The translations under genes and the position numbers were made by a program. A DNA stretch of 64,000 bases from the NCBI GenBank assembly GCA_017544725.1, contig JAFYDR010000194.1:8211-72210 (forward strand), written 5' to 3'. Below, one piece after another: positions 57,816 through 64,000 of the stretch. Under the pieces are notes generated by a model. The model was not told where the DNA came from. It saw nothing but the letters and a program-made list of their open reading frames with translations, and did not search any database. The number at the start of each line of letters is the position of its first letter. Position 1 is the stretch's first letter. The DNA comes from Kiritimatiellia bacterium. GTDB lineage: Bacteria > Verrucomicrobiota > Kiritimatiellia > RFP12 > UBA1067.

Positions 57816-57955
57816 ACTCGTCATTCGTCATTATGCGAGACATCTCTCTTTTCAGCCTCTCGGCTTTCCCGCTTCTCAGCTGGCGGCTTCGCCGCCTGTC
57901 ATTCGTCACTCTTCACTCGTCACTGCCGCCTCTGGCGGCCCGAAGTTATAGGCAA
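57816..57955 (+). repeat. Mosaic block: CTCGTCATTCGTCAT, CTCTCAGCC/CGCTTCTCAGC, CTGGCGGCTTCGCCGCC, GCCGCCTCTGGCGGC, and the CGAAGTTATAGGCAAG (D) module.
   Basis: Same module set as 12628-12832 and 40681-40760. Confidence 0.7.
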
Positions 57956-57968
57956 GGATGGGGAAACT

Positions 57969-58811
57969 ATGGTTATCGGAATCATCGGACTGGGATTGAT
58001 CGGCGGGTCTTTCGCGAAAGACCTGCGCGGTGAGCCGTGGACGGACCGGATCATCGGAGTCGACAACAATTCCGACCACGCGAAACGTGCTCGGGAGTTG
58101 GGACTGGTCGATGAGTTGGTGGAACTCCCGCAACTGATGTCGGAGGCAGAGGTCATCCTGTTGGCAATTCCTGTGGACGGTATCGTCGCCCTGCTGCCGT
58201 CGCTGCTGGATCGGGTTTCGGAAAAGCAGACGGTGATCGACCTTGGATCGACCAAGCGTGCGGTGGTCGAGGCCGTGCGGGGACATGCCCGCCGCAGTCG
58301 CTATGTCGCCGCGCATCCGATGGCGGGTACCGAAAATTCGGGACCGGACGCCGCACTCTCAGGACTTTTCAAGGGCAAGGTGGTACTGCTCTGCAACTTG
58401 GAAGACAGTGCCCCCGATGCCTGCCGGATGGCGTTGCAGATTTTCCACTCGGTCGGGCTTCGCTTCGAGTTCATGCCGGCGGAACAGCATGATCGCCATG
58501 CGGCGTATGTTTCCCACCTCTCGCATGTTGTCTCCTACGCACTTTCGCTCGCCGTGCAGACCGAGGAGAAGGCAGGATACGCGGTTCCCCGACTGGCGGG
58601 CGGCGGATTCGCATCTACCGTGCGTCTGGCAAAGAGCCAGCCCGAAATGTGGGTGCCGATCTTTCTGCTCAATGCCGACGAGGTGCTGCCGGCAATCGAT
58701 TCGTTCCTGATGGAAATGCACCGATTCCGGGACGCGCTCGCTGCGCAAGATCCGGCGGGAATCCGCAACCTGATCGCCACAGCCAACCAGATTCGTGAGT
58801 TATTGAAATGA
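57969..58811 (+). CDS. tyrA: Prephenate dehydrogenase
   Basis: N-terminal Rossmann IGIIGLGLIGGS, the AHPMAG motif and the C-terminal dimerisation domain typical of TyrA. Confidence 0.8.
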   Translation: MVIGIIGLGLIGGSFAKDLRGEPWTDRIIGVDNNSDHAKRARELGLVDELVELPQLMSEAEVILLAIPVDGIVALLPSLLDRVSEKQTVIDLGSTKRAVVEAVRGHARRSRYVAAHPMAGTENSGPDAALSGLFKGKVVLLCNLEDSAPDACRMALQIFHSVGLRFEFMPAEQHDRHAAYVSHLSHVVSYALSLAVQTEEKAGYAVPRLAGGGFASTVRLAKSQPEMWVPIFLLNADEVLPAIDSFLMEMHRFRDALAAQDPAGIRNLIATANQIRELLK

Positions 58812-59656
58812 TGACTGACTTGGATACGTATTTGAAGACTAGAAAGGAATGGATTGAGCAAACACTCTTCTCCTTGCTCCCCATACCTGAGACACGTCCG
58901 GAAGGATTGGCGGAAGCTATGGCGTATGCGGTACGATCTGGCGGCAAACGACTTCGCCCGATCTTCTGCCTCGCCTCTTCAGAGGTGGCGGGGGGGCGTG
59001 CGGAAGACGCATTGCTCCCCGCATGTGCTATCGAGTGTTTACACACATACACGTTGGTTCATGACGATCTGCCCTGCATGGACAACGATACCTTGCGGCG
59101 GGGGCAACCGACAGTCTGGGCAAAATACGGGGAGACGATGGCGGTTCTAGTCGGCGATGCGTTACAGGCGTTCGCGTTCGATCTCGTTGCCCGCACGGGA
59201 AACGCACGATTGGTGGCGGAACTCGCGCAAGCTGCTGGTCCTGCGGGAGTCATTGCAGGTCAAGTCGAGGACATCCGATTTGCGGGCGGCGCGTCGCGCG
59301 AGCAGGTGGAGTACATCTTCCAGCACAAGACCGCCGACCTCTTCCGATGTGCTTGCCGCATGGGCGCAATCGCCGCAGGTGCTGAAGACTGCGCGGTACA
59401 GGCGGTGACAGAGTTCGCGAATCATTTGGGATTCGCCTTCCAGATTGAAGACGATCTGCTCGACGCGCAACAGGCGAAGGCGGACGACGCGAAGCCCGAA
59501 CTTTCCTGTCTCGACATCTTGACTCCGGAAGAAGCCCGCGAATGGTGTCGGGAAGAGACGGATGCCGCCATCCGCGCACTTGCCGCCCCAGTCCTAACAG
59601 GATCTCGCGAGGCCCTCACTTCGCTGGCTTACCGGCTCGTCAATCGCCGTGTCTAG
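58808..59656 (+). CDS. Polyprenyl synthetase family protein (farnesyl/geranylgeranyl diphosphate synthase-like).
   Basis: First Asp-rich motif LVHDDLPCMDNDTLRRG and second motif FQIEDDLLD. It overlaps the tyrA stop (ATGA). Confidence 0.8.
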   Translation: MMTDLDTYLKTRKEWIEQTLFSLLPIPETRPEGLAEAMAYAVRSGGKRLRPIFCLASSEVAGGRAEDALLPACAIECLHTYTLVHDDLPCMDNDTLRRGQPTVWAKYGETMAVLVGDALQAFAFDLVARTGNARLVAELAQAAGPAGVIAGQVEDIRFAGGASREQVEYIFQHKTADLFRCACRMGAIAAGAEDCAVQAVTEFANHLGFAFQIEDDLLDAQQAKADDAKPELSCLDILTPEEAREWCREETDAAIRALAAPVLTGSREALTSLAYRLVNRRV

Positions 59657-59815
59657 GGACGCTTCGCTATTCTCGTTGCCCACGATACGCGACATGTTTA
59701 CCCAGTTTACCCCGCTTACCCAGCCTAACACGCTTATCCCTCTCACCCCGCCTAACCCGCTTAACAGCTAGGGGGAATAGTCACGGGGTTTTCTCGTCGA
59801 TTTTGTCTCGATTTT

Positions 59816-59833
59816 CCTTTTTTCGAAAAAAGG
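59816..59833. promoter_or_regulatory. Perfect 18-bp palindrome CCTTTTTTCGAAAAAAGG, flanked by TCGATTTTG direct repeats. It lies just upstream of the -35 of the sigma-54 activator gene.
   Basis: Self-complementary, read from the sequence. Its AT-rich composition and its position make it a candidate operator or UP element. Confidence 0.35.
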
Positions 59834-59835
59834 AA

Positions 59836-59865
59836 TTGCGCACCACTGTACACATGCGTTATACT
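59836..59865 (+). promoter_or_regulatory. Putative sigma70-type promoter TTGCGC-N18-TATACT. It predicts a leaderless or near-leaderless transcript starting at about 59872.
   Basis: Same architecture as the hisC and proB upstream regions. The first in-frame ATG downstream of the predicted transcription start is at 59875. Confidence 0.4.
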
Positions 59866-59874
59866 GTGCGCATC

Positions 59875-61263
59875 ATGACAGAAAATAAAACAAGCAATGT
59901 ACAGTCGGGAACTCTCGTGCTCAATGACGGTTCGTCGCAGGACGGCCTGCTTCGGGTTCGCAAAACCAAGCTGCTGGTAATCAGCGGCGCGTTGCAGGGA
60001 CGTGAGTTTATCGTCAATCAAGACACGTTCACGATCGGGTCGAGCGACCACAACGATCTGGTGATCAAGGACTCCACCGTGTCGAAACGGCACTGCGAGA
60101 TTCTGGTGGAGGAGAGCGGATATTTGATCCGCGACCTGAATAGTACCAACGGCACGTTCGTGCAGGGAATCCGTGTTTCCTCCGCGCATCTGGTTCCGGG
60201 CGCGGAGATCCAGCTGGGTAAGTCCCGTATTGTCTTCTGCCCGTTGCAGGATGCCAACGACATTCCGCTTTCCGCTAACGAGTCCTTCGGGAAGATGCTC
60301 GGCAAGTCCGTTCCAATGCGCCGTATCTTCTATCTTGCGGAAACTTATTCGCCGTCGGACGCCACCGTGATGATCACGGGCGAGACGGGCACGGGCAAGG
60401 AGGTGCTGGCGGAGGAAATCCACAAGCATTCCCCTCGCAAGGACAAGCCGTTCATCGTGATTGACTGCGCCGCGATTTCCAAGGAATTGATCGAGTCCGA
60501 GTTGTTCGGTCACGTGAAGGGGGCGTTTACCGGCGCGAACATGGATCGTCAGGGTGCGTTTGAACTGGCGGACGGCGGCACGGTCTTCTTGGACGAGATC
60601 GGCGACCTTTCCCCGGTTCTTCAGCCCAAGCTATTGCGCGTGTTGGAAAAGCGTGAGATCCGTCGCGTTGGGTCGAACACCGTGCGGAAGATCGACGTGC
60701 GTATCATTTCCGCGACGAACCGGAATCTCGCCAACGAGGTCAATGAAGGGAACTTCCGCGAGGATCTGTACTACCGTCTTTCCGTCGTGCATTTGGAGTT
60801 GCCGCCGCTGCGCCGTCGGCGCGAGGACATCCCGCTGTTGGTCAAACGCTTCCTGACGGACATGAAGGGGGCGGATGCGATCGACGAGTGTGCCGACTTC
60901 ACGCGGACGATGGACATCTTAAAACGACACGAGTGGCCGGGGAACGTTCGTGAGCTGCGCAATCTGATCGAATTGGCGTTCTACAGCGAACGGCGGCCTG
61001 TGGATTTGAGCGCGTTCCTGAGTCTATCCTCCCTCCGGACGATGCCGGACGAGAAGGGGGGCGATCAGGAGGGCATCGTGTTCGAGACGGGCAAGCCGTT
61101 CAAGGACGCAAAGAACGAGTTGATCGAGCGATTCGAGCAGGCGTATCTGAATGATCTGCTGGCACGGAACAAACAGAACATCTCCCGCTCCGCACGTGAG
61201 GCAGGGATTGAGCGCGCATATTTGCAGCGCTTAATCCGGAAATACGGGATGCGTGACGAGTAA
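59875..61263 (+). CDS. Sigma-54-dependent transcriptional activator with an N-terminal FHA domain (FHA-AAA+-HTH).
   Basis: FHA motifs (TIGSSDHNDLVIKDSTVSKRHCEI, GSTNGTFV). AAA+ sigma-54 interaction domain with GETGTGKE, the GAFTGA loop, and RED..YYRLSV. C-terminal Fis-type HTH. The upstream ATG at 59854 was rejected because it lies inside the predicted promoter spacer. Confidence 0.8.
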   Translation: MTENKTSNVQSGTLVLNDGSSQDGLLRVRKTKLLVISGALQGREFIVNQDTFTIGSSDHNDLVIKDSTVSKRHCEILVEESGYLIRDLNSTNGTFVQGIRVSSAHLVPGAEIQLGKSRIVFCPLQDANDIPLSANESFGKMLGKSVPMRRIFYLAETYSPSDATVMITGETGTGKEVLAEEIHKHSPRKDKPFIVIDCAAISKELIESELFGHVKGAFTGANMDRQGAFELADGGTVFLDEIGDLSPVLQPKLLRVLEKREIRRVGSNTVRKIDVRIISATNRNLANEVNEGNFREDLYYRLSVVHLELPPLRRRREDIPLLVKRFLTDMKGADAIDECADFTRTMDILKRHEWPGNVRELRNLIELAFYSERRPVDLSAFLSLSSLRTMPDEKGGDQEGIVFETGKPFKDAKNELIERFEQAYLNDLLARNKQNISRSAREAGIERAYLQRLIRKYGMRDE

Positions 61264-61317
61264 CGGGTGCGGAGAATCGTCTCCGTCTCCGCAACCGATA
61301 GGGGAGGCTGGTCCGAC

Positions 61318-62661
61318 ATGAGATGGTGGATTTATCAGGCGTTGTTTGCCGTTGTGTACGTGGCGCTCCTGCCCCGTTTCCTTCTCCGCATGTGCCGGCG
61401 CGGCGGGTATGTGAACCGCTTTGCCGATCGTTTCGGACATTATCCGCGCGAGGTGTCGGAGAAGTTGATGGAGTTGCGTGGAAAGGCGGTGTGGATTCAC
61501 GCCGTCAGCGTGGGCGAGGTGTATGTTGCCGCCCAAATGATGGCCGCGCTACGGGAACAGATGCCCGACATCCGTTTCGTGTTCAGTACCACCAGTTCGA
61601 CTGGCTGGACGGAGGCGAGCCAGCGCGTGTCGGAACGGGACGTGCTGATTTACTGCCCGCTGGATTTTCCGCCTTGCGTGAAGCGCGCGTTGGACGCCGT
61701 GCAGCCGCGAGCGTTTATTCTGACGGAAACGGAGATTTGGCCCAACCTGATTCGGAGTTGCCACCGTCGCGGCATTCCGCTCTTCCTGATCAATGCGCGC
61801 GTTTCCGACCGTTCCGCGCCGGGGTATCGTCGTCTCCGCTACTGGTTCGGTCCGGTGTTGCAGATGTTCACGCGGATTTTCGCCCAGTCGGAGCAGGATC
61901 GGGATCGGCTCACGGACGCGGGTGCGAATCCGGAGACCGTGGAGGTGACCGGATCGTTCAAATTCGACACCGCGCGTCGTGCGCCGGAAAAGGAAGCGTC
62001 TGTTCGCGCTTTTCTCGCTCAGTATGGTTGCGGTGGGGACAGGCGTGTTCTGCTCGGTGGATCGACTTGGCCGGGCGAGGACGAGATTCTCGTTACCATC
62101 TACCAGAAACTCCGTTCCTCTTTTCCTCGTCTGCGTCTCGTACTGGTGCCGCGCCACTTTGAAAAGGCCGATGCCGTGCAGGCCACGGTGGAACGTGCGG
62201 GATTCGTTTGCGTGCGCAAAAGCAAGTTGGGAGCAATGCCAGACATCCTCCTGCAACAGGCGATGGATCGCGGCGATGGCGTGATTGTTGCGGACACGAC
62301 CGGTGAGCTGATGGGGTTCTACGGCAATGCGCGGATCGCCTTTGTCGGCAAAACGATGTGCGAGAAGGAACGCGGCGGGCAGAACATGATCGAGCCGTGC
62401 CTCTGCGGGTGTGCGACGATTACAGGACCGCACACGGAGAACTTCCGTCCCGTCATGGCGGACTTGCTGGCATCCGATGCGGTGTTGCAGGTTTCCGGAC
62501 GCGAGAAACTGACGGCGCAGATTTGGCAGTTGCTTTCCGATGATCAAAAATGCGAAACGCTCGGTGCGAGGGCGGTCGCGGCCGTGGAGAAACGGCGTGG
62601 CGTGGTTTCGAAATGCGCGCGCGAGATGATAGCCTTGCTGGAAGAAAGGAAACAAGCATGA
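61318..62661 (+). CDS. waaA: 3-deoxy-D-manno-octulosonic-acid (Kdo) transferase
   Basis: GT30-family motifs (WIHAVSVGE, LTETEIWPNL, LVPRHFEK) and an N-terminal membrane anchor. A GGGGAGG site lies upstream of ATG 61318. Confidence 0.85.
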   Translation: MRWWIYQALFAVVYVALLPRFLLRMCRRGGYVNRFADRFGHYPREVSEKLMELRGKAVWIHAVSVGEVYVAAQMMAALREQMPDIRFVFSTTSSTGWTEASQRVSERDVLIYCPLDFPPCVKRALDAVQPRAFILTETEIWPNLIRSCHRRGIPLFLINARVSDRSAPGYRRLRYWFGPVLQMFTRIFAQSEQDRDRLTDAGANPETVEVTGSFKFDTARRAPEKEASVRAFLAQYGCGGDRRVLLGGSTWPGEDEILVTIYQKLRSSFPRLRLVLVPRHFEKADAVQATVERAGFVCVRKSKLGAMPDILLQQAMDRGDGVIVADTTGELMGFYGNARIAFVGKTMCEKERGGQNMIEPCLCGCATITGPHTENFRPVMADLLASDAVLQVSGREKLTAQIWQLLSDDQKCETLGARAVAAVEKRRGVVSKCAREMIALLEERKQA

Positions 62662-64000
62662 GATATGATGATCCCCTGCGTCGGGGTGGGATTCCCTTTG
62701 TCGGCTGTCTGCTGATCGGCCAGCTCCTCTCTGTTTGGGCGACGGCTTTGGACGGAGTGACTGGACGAATCACGCTGTCGCGCCTCTTCTTCTGCGCGAT
62801 TGTCGTGGGGTGCTGGGTACTCGGTGTCGCGGTGATTCGGTGGGGGAGTCGTCGTCTGGTACATCCAAGCCGATGGTGCGCACCGATTCTGCTCGCTTGT
62901 TCCTTCTATGCATTGCTATTGCTGTTGCGTGCCGGGGCTGTGGAACATTCCTGGCAACGGTTGCTGGTCGATTACCACCGCACATCAACCGGTTTTCTCT
63001 CCCAACTCTTCACCACATCTTTCTTCTTCTTCGCCATTCCTTCTTTCTTGGCGGGAATGCTGGTGCAGTTGACGGTAGTCTCAATCCTGCACACGCCGGA
63101 ACGGCAGCGTGGCGTGGCGACAGGTCTGCTCTTCTTGATCGGCGTGTTGCCCGGACTAGCAGGCATTTGGATATTGGGCGGACTCGCGCGTCCGTGGGGC
63201 GTGTTGAACGCCACGAGACTCCTGATTCTGGGGTTTGGCGCATTGTCCGTGGTGGCGGCGATCCTCTACGGGGAACGTTCGCACCGTCGCTGGATCGAAG
63301 CGAGTGTCTGCTTCGTGCTTACGTTGGCAGCAGGGTTCGGTTCCTACCGCACGACAGCTGCCGCCGCATTGCAAAGCGCGGGTGTTTTTCCGCGTTTGAT
63401 TTGCCGCGATTCCGGATTCGCACGTGGAAATGCGGAATGGGAGAAACGGACGCAGGATCACACCTTCTCCTTTTTCACGGACAAGGATTACGGGTTCGTG
63501 CTGGCGCAGGACGGTTGCCCGCGCATTCTGAAAAACCGTTTTCACACGGTGCGCACGGTCTCTGGTTACCTCCCGCTGTTGCTGAATCCGGATGCTAGTC
63601 GCGTGGCGGTTCTAGGTGACAATGCTGGTTACGTGATTCCCTTTATTCTGCGAGGCGGCATCCAACAAGTTGACTATTCGGCATGTTCCTCGGAACAGGT
63701 GCGTATCGCAGTGACGGTCGATGACATGGTGGTTCGCGGACTCGCCAAGCCGTCGGCAGACCAGCCGTTGCTGAAGCGTGCCAAGGACAAGGTGCGGTTC
63801 GGGGAGAGTGAGTTTTACGATCTCGTCTATCTCGAACCGGAGCCGGTTTGGATGAGGGGAACATCGGGCAATTACGGGGTGAGCCTTTTCTCTCGTTGCC
63901 ACAGGATCGTGGGGGAACACGGACTGGTCTCCCTGCACCTCGACACCCGCGCGATGTCCACGCGCCGCTTTATCTCGGTGGCGCGTGCCTTTTTGAGCGT
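62658..64000 (+). CDS. Fused polytopic membrane domain plus spermidine-synthase-like (class I SAM-MTase fold) protein. Its 3' end lies beyond the window.
   Basis: The frame is open from ATG 62658 to the window end. That is why it is absent from the ORF track, which lists only a shorter out-of-frame ORF at 62735-63598. N-terminal TM helices are followed by VAVLGDNAGYVIP..YDLVYLEPEP, which resembles the spermidine synthase family. It overlaps the waaA stop (ATGA). Confidence 0.6.
   Translation, partial: MRYDDPLRRGGIPFVGCLLIGQLLSVWATALDGVTGRITLSRLFFCAIVVGCWVLGVAVIRWGSRRLVHPSRWCAPILLACSFYALLLLLRAGAVEHSWQRLLVDYHRTSTGFLSQLFTTSFFFFAIPSFLAGMLVQLTVVSILHTPERQRGVATGLLFLIGVLPGLAGIWILGGLARPWGVLNATRLLILGFGALSVVAAILYGERSHRRWIEASVCFVLTLAAGFGSYRTTAAAALQSAGVFPRLICRDSGFARGNAEWEKRTQDHTFSFFTDKDYGFVLAQDGCPRILKNRFHTVRTVSGYLPLLLNPDASRVAVLGDNAGYVIPFILRGGIQQVDYSACSSEQVRIAVTVDDMVVRGLAKPSADQPLLKRAKDKVRFGESEFYDLVYLEPEPVWMRGTSGNYGVSLFSRCHRIVGEHGLVSLHLDTRAMSTRRFISVARAFLS

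Noticed and set aside
59854-59874. Upstream ATG (MRYTVRI) as the start of the sigma-54 activator.
   Set aside because: It lies within the spacer and -10 region of the predicted TTGCGC-N18-TATACT promoter. The start at 59875 matches the leaderless-transcript prediction. This remains uncertain without transcription-start data.
62735-63598. 287-aa ORF from the track in the +3 frame.
   Set aside because: It is out of frame with, and completely inside, a longer ORF (62658 to the window end) that has TM helices and a spermidine-synthase-like C-terminus. The listed ORF is Arg/Gly-rich and featureless.
1-64000. CRISPR array.
   Set aside because: Repeats are abundant, but they are heterogeneous modules with irregular spacing and no unique spacers. 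No cas gene is present.
1-64000. tRNA, rRNA, transposase and integrase genes.
   Set aside because: No cloverleaf-compatible segment with a GTTCRANYC T-loop was found in any intergenic region. There is no rRNA-like conserved stretch. No ORF has DDE, HUH or tyrosine-recombinase motifs. The GGGTTCGAACGAACC at 40878 is inside a coding region and lacks an acceptor stem.

Overview
This is a high-GC (roughly 58-60% by eye), densely coded stretch of bacterial chromosome. About 45 protein-coding genes are supportable. I found no rRNA, tRNA, CRISPR array, transposase or integrase. Most genes are housekeeping: gpmI (3' part), rpsO-pnp, kdsD/kpsF-like, rsmE, a citramalate/isopropylmalate-synthase family gene, hisC, parE-parC, rpsP-trmD-rplS, dxr, trmL, a UvrD-like helicase, gpsA, pheS, fusA, proB-proA, tyrA, an ispA-like prenyl synthase, a sigma-54 activator, kdtA/waaA, and a fused membrane/spermidine-synthase-like gene running off the 3' end. 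Between them lie secreted or lipoprotein accessory genes. These include a DUF4838-like glycan hydrolase locus, two other large glycoside-hydrolase-like proteins, a very large C10 (streptopain-like) cysteine peptidase with BACON/Ig-like repeats, a transglutaminase-core plus discoidin giant protein, and a tandem pair of paralogous lipoproteins that each carry two class-I glutamine-amidotransferase-like domains. The gene content (DUF4838, BACON-like domains, TAT substrates, many GH-like exoproteins) suggests a PVC-superphylum (Verrucomicrobia/Lentisphaerae/Kiritimatiellae-like) organism; this is inference only. The most striking non-coding signal is that almost every intergenic gap over about 200 bp is filled with a mosaic of short recurring modules. 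These are a 24-nt GGCAACGRGGACGTTGCCCCTCCC hairpin, a roughly 45-nt GC-clamp/AAGTTATCCCCATGAA module, UUCG-tetraloop GC hairpins with TCGTCAT direct repeats, low-complexity AATGAAG and AGTAGGGA arrays, and several perfect palindromes. This is an undescribed REP/MITE-like repeat system that also generates many spurious ORFs in the six-frame track. There is also a conserved roughly 100-nt AT-rich element upstream of rpsO and hisC, and a shared TTGCSS-N17/18-TATACTG promoter architecture. All calls rest on manual reading of the sequence and the ORF translations. No database search could be run.
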